NCBI GenBank assembly: GCA_963674745.2
Contig: CAXXDV010000001.1
Location: 928,001 to 992,000, forward strand
Direction of reading: 5' to 3'
DNA from: Desulfosudaceae bacterium
GTDB taxonomy: Bacteria > Desulfobacterota > Desulfobacteria > Desulfobacterales > Desulfosudaceae
Length of the DNA: 64,000 nucleotides
How positions within the stretch are numbered: the stretch's first letter is position 1; each line of letters opens with the position of its first letter. A program made the position numbers and the translations under genes. The notes beneath the pieces were generated by a model. The model was given only the letters and a program-made list of their open reading frames with translations. It had not been told where the DNA came from and did not search any database. Below, piece by piece: positions 54,993-64,000 of the stretch.

Positions 54993-55643
54993 CTATCTTT
55001 TTTGGGCCATGATTTGAAAAATAACGGCCTGGCTGCCGTTCATGGTCAAAACATCGATGTCTTCTTCATAGACGATATCAAACCGTTTAAGCAACCGATA
55101 AACCCACCCCATATCGTGATGCCTTAAGACAGCACCATCCGGTAGTTGAAACACACCGAATTTTTCAAATTGTCTTTCAAACCGCCTGTAGCGGTCCGTG
55201 TTTTTATCGTCCCGCTGAAGAGGATAGTCACTGAGATACAGAATACCACCGGTACGCAACACCCGGTGAAGTTCGTCCATGAGGGTTTGCTGACCGTTAT
55301 CTGTCGGGATACAGTTCAGGACCGCCAGCAACGTGCAGGCATCAAACGTATTATCATCAAAAGGCAAGGTCTCTCTTTCAAGCTGCCTCAGGTCCAGATC
55401 GATGTCCCGGCGCAGGCCCCGGACGATCATTTCCGATGAGATATCCACCCCGATGACATGCCGAAAGCCGTGTTTTTTCAAAAAAGCACAGGTCCGCCCA
55501 TATCCGCATCCATAGTCGAGTATGACGCCATCACGTGGAACAACTTTTCGAAACCGTTCTATCTGCAGGGGGTGGGTAAAGTTTTTTTTCTGTGCGACTT
55601 TATCCCAGTAGGCGTGCTGGTGATCTAGCACGTTCATGATCAT
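54993..55643 (-). CDS. class I SAM-dependent methyltransferase
   Basis: ILDYGCGYG, GVDIS and LPFDDNTFD. Confidence 0.92.
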   Translation of the reverse strand: MIMNVLDHQHAYWDKVAQKKNFTHPLQIERFRKVVPRDGVILDYGCGYGRTCAFLKKHGFRHVIGVDISSEMIVRGLRRDIDLDLRQLERETLPFDDNTFDACTLLAVLNCIPTDNGQQTLMDELHRVLRTGGILYLSDYPLQRDDKNTDRYRRFERQFEKFGVFQLPDGAVLRHHDMGWVYRLLKRFDIVYEEDIDVLTMNGSQAVIFQIMAQKR

Positions 55644-55784
55644 CCTTCCGGTATTGTTCGAACTTTATTGAAAGGACATTATGGAATATCATGTTAATTT
55701 ATGCAACCGGAACCCATTTCACGGACGCGTTTAAGGTGCGTGCCATCAGAAGCCTGAATTTCCGGCGGCGGCCGGACCGCCCGC

Positions 55785-56810
55785 TTAGTGCCGTCCTTCA
55801 AGCTGGGCTGTCAACACTTCGTAAGGATCCATTTCGCCGTCTCCGCTATGGATGGCCCGGATCAAGCCTTCATTCCGCATCAGGTTTTCAATGATTTCCG
55901 GTGTGGCATTCCTGGTTTCCATTACTTTGCGCACGACATACCGGACCGCCTCCAGTCGGGCGCTTTCGGCTTGCCCGGAATAAAGCAGCATTTCCGACAA
56001 ATGACCGTCTTCACTGGTAATCAGATCGTAAAGCGAAACCTGCTCAGACAACCAGTCGACAAACGGCTTATCCCGGATAAACTCCTCCAGTCGGGCTCGC
56101 ACCACCTCGTCCAGGCGATCGGGGTTTTCGAGAATGGCTTCGCACAAGCGGCGGTCATTGGACGTCCTGCCCATTTCACGGTATCGGGCGGAATTGACTT
56201 TTTCCCGCAGGTTCTTGAGGTTCTCGTACAGAAAGAACTTTGAAATGGAATTCTTTAAAGGACCGGGAAGTGTGCCGGCCAGATCGAGGGAATATTGATA
56301 AATGATCCCGGTCTTGTGACGGGTGACATATTCGACGGTATAGCGGCCCTTGAAAACAGGGACGCGGATGACGCCTTCTTCAAAAACATCATATTGATCG
56401 GCCTGGTTGGTCATGTCGATAAAAGCGCGGCCGTGATCCAGGTCGTACGAAACCCGGGCGTTTAAAAGCACTTCCCGGTCGGTGACCGGCCAGGGCAGAT
56501 CGAGCAGAATCCGGATATCGGCGTCATCCCGGTTACCGCTCAAAACCATCCCGTTGCCGCAGTAGGGCATCCAATTCACATAGCCGGGTATATCCCGGAT
56601 CATTTCGCCGACGTTTTCGATGGGCGCGTCGACCACCATAACCGCCTTAATTTCCAACAGTTTACTCCCATCCGCCCTTCGAGAATATGATTGAATACCG
56701 TCTTTGTCGTTAACCAGTTCCCATTTGTTTTCTCCGGCCAGGGCCCGGCTGAATGCCGGAATAACCAGTATGGTCAAAATAATGGCGATAATCTGTGTTA
56801 TTTTCTGCAT
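55785..56810 (-). CDS. exported START-domain lipid-binding protein
   Basis: Signal peptide; WELVNDKDGI, LPWPVTDRE and DLAGTLP. Confidence 0.8.
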   Translation of the reverse strand: MQKITQIIAIILTILVIPAFSRALAGENKWELVNDKDGIQSYSRRADGSKLLEIKAVMVVDAPIENVGEMIRDIPGYVNWMPYCGNGMVLSGNRDDADIRILLDLPWPVTDREVLLNARVSYDLDHGRAFIDMTNQADQYDVFEEGVIRVPVFKGRYTVEYVTRHKTGIIYQYSLDLAGTLPGPLKNSISKFFLYENLKNLREKVNSARYREMGRTSNDRRLCEAILENPDRLDEVVRARLEEFIRDKPFVDWLSEQVSLYDLITSEDGHLSEMLLYSGQAESARLEAVRYVVRKVMETRNATPEIIENLMRNEGLIRAIHSGDGEMDPYEVLTAQLEGRH

Positions 56811-56886
56811 TACACCTCCGATGCATCACTTTTTTCAGTTACCACGTTTACCCGGTCCCGGAGTGTAAACGCCCGACCGGAAAAAT

Positions 56887-58635
56887 TCAGATACCAGAAA
56901 CCGAAGCGGTTCTCAAGGATTTCTGTTCAACCATTTTCGACCAATTCAGACTATAGCCTTCACCGGTAACAATCTCAGCCGGTGTAAACGGCACTTTGCC
57001 GCCGGCCGGCAGAATGACCCGCATGGGGCAGGCTTCCAGAATATCCTTTTGAATATCGACGCCGGGCATGACTTCAACCAGCATCATGCCCTCTGTTGTC
57101 AGCTGAAAAACGCCGACGGTGGTGACATAGAGCACGGTTTTGCCTTTTTTCAGGGCCTGGTCTCCGCTCATCGTAATTTCGCTGACCTGTTCCACAAATT
57201 TATGCGTACCCGGTTTCGTTATAACCAGTCGGTTGTTCTCGATTTCCATTTGCCCATGGGCCATCCAGCTGCCGACAAAAATAATGGTATCGGCGGCCGC
57301 GCAGAAATCCGGAAACCCGCCCGGCCCGACATAATTTAATGGGCCCTCGCCCCTTTTGGACACGTTGACATTGCCCCGGCCGTCGACTTCAAGCATCCCC
57401 AGAATAGCCGCATCCAGATGCTGATAACAGAGATGGAATATCTGCGCAGAGGAAATAATCTCCCGGGGGTTGATACCGGCCCCGAAAAAAATACCCGGCG
57501 CCGGCAATCCGCCGATGACCCCGGTTTCCGACATAAAGGTCACGTCATTGAACAGGCCGCCCTTGTAAATAAGCCGGGCCACTTCCTCGGGTAGGCCGAC
57601 ACCGACAATAATATTACAACATTTGTGAACGTATCGGGTAAACACGGACGCGGCCAGACGGGCCAGTGCGTCTTCGACCTTACCCCGCCGGGGGGTGATG
57701 CCCAATATCTGATTCAAAAACCGCATCTTTTCCATGGCCTTATCCATGTCTTCCTGCGCCCCCTCGACAATCTCAGGCCAATATTTCAGTTGCGGAACCG
57801 AACCGGTCTGTTCGTTAAACCGGTGCACCACGATGGCATCGACCTGGTCGGCCCGCAAAAATATCGCTTCTTCGTCCTTGTCAATAATTTCAGCCACACT
57901 GACCAGAACTTTGCCACCGTTGGCCCGGGCAGCCAGTGTGGATTCATGGCTTTCGGTAAATAGACAACTGTTTTTCATATAGATATTACCCTCGGTATCC
58001 GCGGCCGGAGCGATAAAAAAAGTCATTTCAATAGGTGGCAGTTGATAGCGAATGCGGTCACCAGCCGGCTCGGCAAGGCTTGTTCCCACACCCGGAACCA
58101 CCACCGTGCCGAGGCCGACCCGGGTATCCAAAAACGTGCCCACTCCGGTCTCGGTTTCAAGGGAAAAGCGGCCTCTGCCCTGCCCCTCCACCAGCAGGGA
58201 TTCAATACCCTGGGGAAGGGTATGCAGTTCGATCTTTTTTTGCTCGGCCAACTTCAACATTGATTTTACGGTTTCCAGGTGCCCGGCAATAAAACGGGTT
58301 ACCAGCCCTTCATGCTTGCCGAGCTCCTCTATCGTTCCCGGCACCCGGCCGCGCCCGCCCTGGGCGCCTACAATAATATGTGTCAGGTTACGGGGATGGC
58401 CGGTTTCCCGAAACAATCGCTCGATGGCCCAAAACCAGACCGACGGTCGGGCATTGGCGGCCATGCCGCAGGAAAAAACCACGGCATTATCTGGTATCAT
58501 CCGCACCGCCTCCATGGCGGACATGAATTTGGAACTGTCAACGTTCTTCGGCTTATAGTCAAGGTCCTTACGATTCCAGGTCAGGCGCCATTTGAGGACA
58601 TGGGCCAGCAAACGGGTTTTGGTCAGAAAATTCAT
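56887..58635 (-). CDS. acyl-CoA:acetate CoA-transferase (Pct/YdiF-type)
   Basis: LPQG, VGTFLD, GVGLPE, SETG, GNVNVSK and GPGGF; AGGAG RBS before MNFLTK. Confidence 0.88.
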   Translation of the reverse strand: MNFLTKTRLLAHVLKWRLTWNRKDLDYKPKNVDSSKFMSAMEAVRMIPDNAVVFSCGMAANARPSVWFWAIERLFRETGHPRNLTHIIVGAQGGRGRVPGTIEELGKHEGLVTRFIAGHLETVKSMLKLAEQKKIELHTLPQGIESLLVEGQGRGRFSLETETGVGTFLDTRVGLGTVVVPGVGTSLAEPAGDRIRYQLPPIEMTFFIAPAADTEGNIYMKNSCLFTESHESTLAARANGGKVLVSVAEIIDKDEEAIFLRADQVDAIVVHRFNEQTGSVPQLKYWPEIVEGAQEDMDKAMEKMRFLNQILGITPRRGKVEDALARLAASVFTRYVHKCCNIIVGVGLPEEVARLIYKGGLFNDVTFMSETGVIGGLPAPGIFFGAGINPREIISSAQIFHLCYQHLDAAILGMLEVDGRGNVNVSKRGEGPLNYVGPGGFPDFCAAADTIIFVGSWMAHGQMEIENNRLVITKPGTHKFVEQVSEITMSGDQALKKGKTVLYVTTVGVFQLTTEGMMLVEVMPGVDIQKDILEACPMRVILPAGGKVPFTPAEIVTGEGYSLNWSKMVEQKSLRTASVSGI

Positions 58636-58943
58636 GATCTTCTCCTGTTGGATGGTTAAAACGTGTATTATCAATCTGAAAAGCAAGGCTCATGCCATTT
58701 CAACGAAAACCCGCGCATAACTTCAAATGCTTATTATTACTAATGAAAACGACTTTATGGCGCGGGCTTCTGTTTAAAAAAACACAAAAGGTGTCAACAG
58801 GTATGACAGGTTGTAAAAAATCTGGGCCGGTCGAACCGGCCGGGGGGCAGGGCAACATGACCCGAGAATTGATATGCTGAATTGTTGAATGATTGAGATA
58901 GGAGCGTTGATGAAGAGAAAGATCTGCATCACCAGGACCGTAT

Positions 58944-60869
58944 TCAGGCCTTTCTCATAACGCAATCGACTTCTTTCTTCAGTGCCGTCATGTCAAAGGG
59001 CTTGACCAGGCATCCGCAGAACCCGTAATCTTTATAATTGGCCAGAACAGGGTCAGAGGAATATCCGCTGGAGACAATCACCCGGACATTTTTATCCATG
59101 GCCAGCAGTTCCCTGACAGCCTCTTTTCCGCCCATGCCACCGGGGACGGTCAGGTCCAGGATAACCAGATCAAAAGGGGTTCCGCTTTTCCGGGCTGCGG
59201 AAAATTTTTCAACCGCTTCCTCACCGTCGATGGCAATGTCGACGATATAGCCGAAACTTTCCAGCATGGTGGTGCCCAGCAGCTGAATCGCCTCGTTGTC
59301 ATCCATGAAAAGCACCCGCCAGGTATTTCTCCCGGCATCTGATGCCGTGGTGTTTGGCTCTTCAGGCTTTTCAACAACTCCGGAAGAATCAGCCGGTAGC
59401 AAAACGGTAAACGTGGTGCCGACATCGGGCGTGGATTCAACGCTTATCTGCCCGCCGTGCCTGGCGATAATGCTGTGAACGATAGCCAGGCCCAAACCGT
59501 TACCGCTCTGTTTGGTGGTAAAATAAGGATCAAAGATACGGTCAATGATCTTTGAAGGTATGCCGGTGCCTTCATCTTTTATGGTCAACTGGACATACTT
59601 TTCGCCGCCACCTTCCGGATTTGCGGATTCCGGCCCTTCCAGGTTAACACCGGCCAGATAAAGACTGCCGCCGGCCGGCATGGCCTGCTTGGCATTAATG
59701 ACCAGATTGGAAAGCACCTGGCTAATCTGCCCTTTGTCAACCCGCACCGGCCAGAGATCCCGTTTCAACTCAAAACGCGGCCTGATATTACTGCCGCTTA
59801 AGTTGAACCTGACGGCCTCCCTGATCATATCTTTCGTGTCCACTGTTTCAATCACGGGATCCCCGCCCCGGGCAAAGGTCAGAAGCTGACCCGTCAGTCG
59901 CCTGGCCTTATCCAGGGCGCCATAGGCCTCCTTGAGATATCTGACGGCTCCATGATCATCGGACAGCATCATCTTGGCCAACTCGATATTACCGAACACA
60001 CCGGTCAGCATGTTATTAAAATCGTGAGCGATACCACCGGCTATCGTCCCCAGACTTTCCAGCTTCTGCATGCGCTGTCTTTCTTTTTCCACATTTCGCC
60101 GGGCGGTGATGTCTGAAAACAAACCGATATTATACTCCCTGCCGCCGAGCTCCACCATGGCGGTATTGATATCGGCATAAACGATACATCCGTCCTTGCG
60201 CAAACAGGCGACTTCCGAGGCCAGCTTCTTTTCGCCGCGCGCCTGGGCCTCAAATTCGCTCAGGGCATGTGCCAACGCTTCAGGCGGATGAATATCGAAA
60301 ACACCCAGGCTGGTAAGCTCGTACACCGAATACCCCAGCATTTCACAGATCGCCGGGTTGGCAAAAACAAACTGCTTTGTCTCAAGGTCCGCCACCAGGA
60401 TCCCCTCGGCGGCATTGTTAAACAATGCCCTGAACCGGGCTTCGCTTTCCCTCAAACGCCTTTCCGCCTGCTTCCGCTCGGTAATGTCCTGGACAATGCC
60501 CAGCATGATCGACTCGTCCTGGTATTGAATGCGACCGATCGAGGCTTCGGCTGTAAAGACATGGCCGTTTTTCTGCCGCAGGTCCGCTTCCAGGACAAAC
60601 CGTCGGCCTTCTTCCCACAGGTGCCATTGTTTAAGGATTTCGTCTTTACCCTTATTGTCCGGGAAAAGATCAAACACGTTCATATCCAGCAGTTCGTCTC
60701 TGGCATAACCGGTCTGGGAGCAGGCGACGCGATTGACATCCAGAATACGACCGTCGAAATCAAACAGATAGAACCCTTTGACGAACTGATCAAACAGAGC
60801 CCGGTATTTCTCTTCGAGATCCGAAGCGTAAGGTTTGATATCAGATATATTTTGTTGTTTTTTCTTCAA
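58944..60869 (-). CDS. PAS-PAS hybrid sensor histidine kinase / receiver
   Basis: AHDFNN, NLVINA, FDPYFTTK..GNGLGL and receiver MDD...DLTVP...KPF. Confidence 0.95.
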   Translation of the reverse strand: MKKKQQNISDIKPYASDLEEKYRALFDQFVKGFYLFDFDGRILDVNRVACSQTGYARDELLDMNVFDLFPDNKGKDEILKQWHLWEEGRRFVLEADLRQKNGHVFTAEASIGRIQYQDESIMLGIVQDITERKQAERRLRESEARFRALFNNAAEGILVADLETKQFVFANPAICEMLGYSVYELTSLGVFDIHPPEALAHALSEFEAQARGEKKLASEVACLRKDGCIVYADINTAMVELGGREYNIGLFSDITARRNVEKERQRMQKLESLGTIAGGIAHDFNNMLTGVFGNIELAKMMLSDDHGAVRYLKEAYGALDKARRLTGQLLTFARGGDPVIETVDTKDMIREAVRFNLSGSNIRPRFELKRDLWPVRVDKGQISQVLSNLVINAKQAMPAGGSLYLAGVNLEGPESANPEGGGEKYVQLTIKDEGTGIPSKIIDRIFDPYFTTKQSGNGLGLAIVHSIIARHGGQISVESTPDVGTTFTVLLPADSSGVVEKPEEPNTTASDAGRNTWRVLFMDDNEAIQLLGTTMLESFGYIVDIAIDGEEAVEKFSAARKSGTPFDLVILDLTVPGGMGGKEAVRELLAMDKNVRVIVSSGYSSDPVLANYKDYGFCGCLVKPFDMTALKKEVDCVMRKA

Positions 60870-60951
60870 GACGACCCGCGTGCGACATGATGATTGTCAA
60901 GCTTTAACAGTTAATCACATTAACAAAAACCCATAATATCAAAAGCTTCCG

Positions 60952-62133
60952 TCACACCTGCAACATAGCATCGATGGCCAGATCTTCGCTGATGCCATCT
61001 TCAACCAGTCCCAGGCGGGCGTCGCGGAAAAATTTTTCCAGGGGAAACTCCCTGGCCAGACCATAACCGCCGAATATTTGAATGGCCTCACTGGTGACGT
61101 GAGAGGCGGTTTCCGCGGCCAGGCTTCTGGCAGCCACCGTATGCAGCCAAGTCTGGGACATGCCCTGTTGATCATGACCGGCAGCCAGCCGCTGCACAGC
61201 GGCACGGGCGGCCTCGGCCATCTTGAACATATTGAACAGCTGCAGCCGGATGTTGCGATGCTCAAAAATCGGAACACCACCCTGAACCCGTTTTTTGGCA
61301 TATGCCAGGGCTTCGTCCAGGGCGGCCCCGGCAAGGCCGGCATAAACCGCCGCCAGAAAACGGTTCAACCCGATCACAAAAGAAATATTGATGTCGTTCA
61401 GAGGGACGTCCTTTTCCGAAACAACACACTCACGGGGGACCCGGACATCGGCAAAGCGCAATGTGCCCCGGGGAAAAGACCGCTGACTGCTTACGGTCTC
61501 CGGGATTTCCCGGCTGATATTCGGGTCATCCAGGGGAATGACGGCCAGCCCCCGACTTTTAGATTGATCCCGGGACGCAAGGCTGACGTCAAAGGCCCCG
61601 TGAGTTGCAATAGCGGCATTCACGACCCCGGGCAATTGCCCGGAAATCAGATAGCCGTCGCCGTCTTCATGTGCCAAAAGCATATTGTCCAGGTTTTTTT
61701 GCCACGGGAAAATCGCCCGGCAGCCGATCATCGCCCCCTGCCGGTCCTCACAGAACTGACGGGCAAGGTCACCCATGGCCGGGGTATTAAGCTGAGCGGC
61801 CAGGCGGAAAGGCGCGGAAGCAGCCGTCAACCCGATGGCCAGGCCGGCATCGGCGTAGCCCAGGCGCTCGGCCGCCAGAACACCGGTAACCCCGTCCATT
61901 TGTCCAAAACCGCCGAGATCTTCTGAAATATCCACCAGATGCAGATCCAGTGCGCGAAAAGCGGCAAAAACACCCCACATGGGAGAGGTGTCGGCGAAAA
62001 CATCGGCCGGCGCGGAACAGGCATCCAGCTCGATGCCGGCAGGCCGCATAACCCCGGTGGTAAACTTTTCAAGCTCTTTTAATATGGCCCGGGAGGTTTC
62101 ATCAACCGGAATATCGATATTACGAAAAGACAT
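60952..62133 (-). CDS. acyl-CoA dehydrogenase-like subunit (N-terminal FAD motifs degenerate)
   Basis: RVQGGVPI and AIQIFGGYG retained; TEP..GSD and K.W..N absent. Confidence 0.85.
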   Translation of the reverse strand: MSFRNIDIPVDETSRAILKELEKFTTGVMRPAGIELDACSAPADVFADTSPMWGVFAAFRALDLHLVDISEDLGGFGQMDGVTGVLAAERLGYADAGLAIGLTAASAPFRLAAQLNTPAMGDLARQFCEDRQGAMIGCRAIFPWQKNLDNMLLAHEDGDGYLISGQLPGVVNAAIATHGAFDVSLASRDQSKSRGLAVIPLDDPNISREIPETVSSQRSFPRGTLRFADVRVPRECVVSEKDVPLNDINISFVIGLNRFLAAVYAGLAGAALDEALAYAKKRVQGGVPIFEHRNIRLQLFNMFKMAEAARAAVQRLAAGHDQQGMSQTWLHTVAARSLAAETASHVTSEAIQIFGGYGLAREFPLEKFFRDARLGLVEDGISEDLAIDAMLQV

Positions 62134-62176
62134 GGAGGCCTCCTTTTTCTAAACAGGCTGACGCCGTCTGCTGTGG

Positions 62177-63565
62177 TTATATGCTTTCGTATGTGGCCAG
62201 CGCCAGCCCGTCATTAACACCATCCTCGATCATTGAGGCGCGGGCATCGCGCAGCATTTTTTCAATCGGCCGTTGGGGAGAAAAGGCCTCGTCCCCGAAA
62301 ATCCTGACCGCTTCACCGGCCACATCATAAGCCGTTTCCGTGGCCGTGATCTTCGAGGCCACCCCGTATTTGCCCCACTCGGTGAGCTTGTGCGGTTTTT
62401 CGGGATTATCGAAACGCTCGGCCAGGTTCCTGACAAAAGCGTATTTTTCATATGCATTAAGATAAGCATGCAGGGATTTTCCAACCGTCCAGTAAGTGGC
62501 CTTAAAACGGTTCATGACAGATGAGACGGGCCCGGCGGACATGGCCAGAAAATGATCAGCCGCCTGGCGGGCCAGCAGACGGGACGCTTCCACCCGGGCG
62601 AACATGCGAAACATCCGGATCTTGATATCTTCCCGATCGGCCAGAAGAACGCCCTCGCGGCTGGTCGTACGGACAAAGTCCAATGACTCGTCCAGCACGG
62701 CCCAGGCCAAACCGGCAAAGGTGGCCCCCATGGTGCTGTTGGCCGCCCCGAGAAAGGCGTGTCCAAAGGGGTTGGCCCCGAACACGCCCGGAATATGAAT
62801 GAGCATATATTTTTCCGGCAGCTTGACCTCGTCGAAAATAATCTCTCCCTGGTTAAGCGCCCGCTGCCCAACCTTGTTCAACGGTTTTCCGCGGGAAATC
62901 CCGGGCAGATCCAGCGGACAGAGGGCGATGCCGGAACCGTGGACTCCCAGTGAATCATCCAGACCGACGTGCAGCACGGCATGGGTGGCAATGGTGCCAT
63001 TGCTGACCCAGGCGGCTTTCCAGCCGTTGACAATATATTCACTGCCTTTTTTAACAGCGGTCAGCCCCGGCGCCAGACGGGGATCCGAACCCGCCTTGCT
63101 GACCCCCATGATCCAGTCGGTGCCGTGGTCCGGCTCGGTAATGGCCCAGCAGCCGATCATTTCACCTCTGGTGTCTTCGGCGTAGTCCCGGGCCCAGTTT
63201 CGGATTTCAGCATGAGAGGACATCATCGCAAATGAAAACGGCATGCCCGATACCATCAGGCTGATGGCCAGTCCGCCATCGGCATAACCCAGTTGCTCGG
63301 CCAGCAGCGCCGTCGCCATGGACGGCAATTTACCCATGGTACCGCCAAAGGCAGCCGGCAGCATCAAGCGGTGCAAGCCGCGTTCACGAAACCCCCGGAA
63401 AACATCCCAGAGAACGGATTTCTCTTCGATCACATCGGCCGGATCATTCAGACGATCCAGTGCAATGCCCGCCGGGCGGGCGACCTCACGACCGAATTCC
63501 CGTGCCGTTTCCTGCAGGGCGGTCAGTTTCCGTCCCATTTTCACACCAAGATCAAGATACCCCAT
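62177..63565 (-). CDS. acyl-CoA dehydrogenase subunit (C-terminal FAD motifs degenerate)
   Basis: AITEPDHGTD and NGWKAWVSNG retained; RIFGDEA in place of QxxGGxG. Confidence 0.88.
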   Translation of the reverse strand: MGYLDLGVKMGRKLTALQETAREFGREVARPAGIALDRLNDPADVIEEKSVLWDVFRGFRERGLHRLMLPAAFGGTMGKLPSMATALLAEQLGYADGGLAISLMVSGMPFSFAMMSSHAEIRNWARDYAEDTRGEMIGCWAITEPDHGTDWIMGVSKAGSDPRLAPGLTAVKKGSEYIVNGWKAAWVSNGTIATHAVLHVGLDDSLGVHGSGIALCPLDLPGISRGKPLNKVGQRALNQGEIIFDEVKLPEKYMLIHIPGVFGANPFGHAFLGAANSTMGATFAGLAWAVLDESLDFVRTTSREGVLLADREDIKIRMFRMFARVEASRLLARQAADHFLAMSAGPVSSVMNRFKATYWTVGKSLHAYLNAYEKYAFVRNLAERFDNPEKPHKLTEWGKYGVASKITATETAYDVAGEAVRIFGDEAFSPQRPIEKMLRDARASMIEDGVNDGLALATYESI

Positions 63566-63688
63566 TAAAGCCCCCTTTCAAGCTCAAATCCGCCCAAAGC
63601 AACACTTTGGTAAAATTTTTCAGACGGATATCCGCAGCTTAACTTCACTTATCACCTCTTTAACCGGAAAAAACAGATAAATCCGGCA

Positions 63689-64000
63689 TTAATCTATCAG
63701 CACCAGGCCGCACAAATTGGCTGTCTTGTTTTCTCCGGTGCCGGCCAGCAGCAGCGTCCAGCCGGCGGTTTCAAAAAGCGCGGCTACGTCTATTCCGAAA
63801 CCCGACATGGACGGCCGGGCATGGTCCGGGAAGCGGCAGCGGCCATTTTCAGAAAGCGCCCGGCAGTTGTCATGGTCGTGGCAGAACAGCTCCCGACAGG
63901 AGCCGCCGGCATACCCCCTGGCCGATGAAAACCCGGCTTCAACCGCAGCCTGTTCAACGCCGGCGGCGATTTTATGAAGGCCTTGAAACGCCTGTCGTCG
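63689..64000 (-). CDS. DUF2284 metal-binding protein, 3' part (not in the ORF track)
   Basis: Manual translation AGGSCRELFC...CRFPDHARPSMSGFGIDV...GLVLID*. Confidence 0.8.
   Translation of the reverse strand, partial: RRQAFQGLHKIAAGVEQAAVEAGFSSARGYAGGSCRELFCHDHDNCRALSENGRCRFPDHARPSMSGFGIDVAALFETAGWTLLLAGTGENKTANLCGLVLID

Noticed and set aside
63717..63977. 86-aa plus-strand ORF
   Set aside because: Shadow of the minus-strand DUF2284 gene

Overview
This looks like chromosomal DNA from a moderately GC-rich anaerobe; the gene content suggests Desulfobacterota/Desulfobacterales (inference). The central feature is a minus-strand integron cassette array at about 13.9-30.6 kb, with roughly 15 cassettes and 15 intact, degenerate or partial attC sites. 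It has a candidate attI and Pc promoter at about 30.6-30.8 kb, but no integrase gene is visible in the window. Its cargo includes a PARIS-like ABC-ATPase/DUF4435 pair, a HEPN protein, a coupled TerB plus membrane-protein pair, an orphan RelE-like protein with a CxxC/CxxC insert, vapBC, ORF6N, GNAT, DUF1330, a frameshifted beta-helix gene with a truncated duplicate, and csrA and mscS remnants. A 1046-aa lipoprotein ending in a GH172/DUF2961 domain interrupts the array in the opposite orientation. Left of the array is a TetR-led operon joining a UroD/MtaA-like methyltransferase and a corrinoid protein to a divergent xylose isomerase, a GH3 glycosidase and xylulokinase, a candidate B12-dependent methyl-sugar pathway. 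Right of it are a rifampin-phosphotransferase-like dikinase with a degenerate paralog, a furan-fatty-acid/UV-stress-like cluster (FAD oxidoreductase, DUF1365-cfa fusion, uvsE), assorted metabolic genes, a hybrid kinase, and two acyl-CoA dehydrogenases with complementary FAD half-sites. No rRNA, tRNA, CRISPR array or transposase was recognised. All family calls come from motif recognition by eye, not from database searches.
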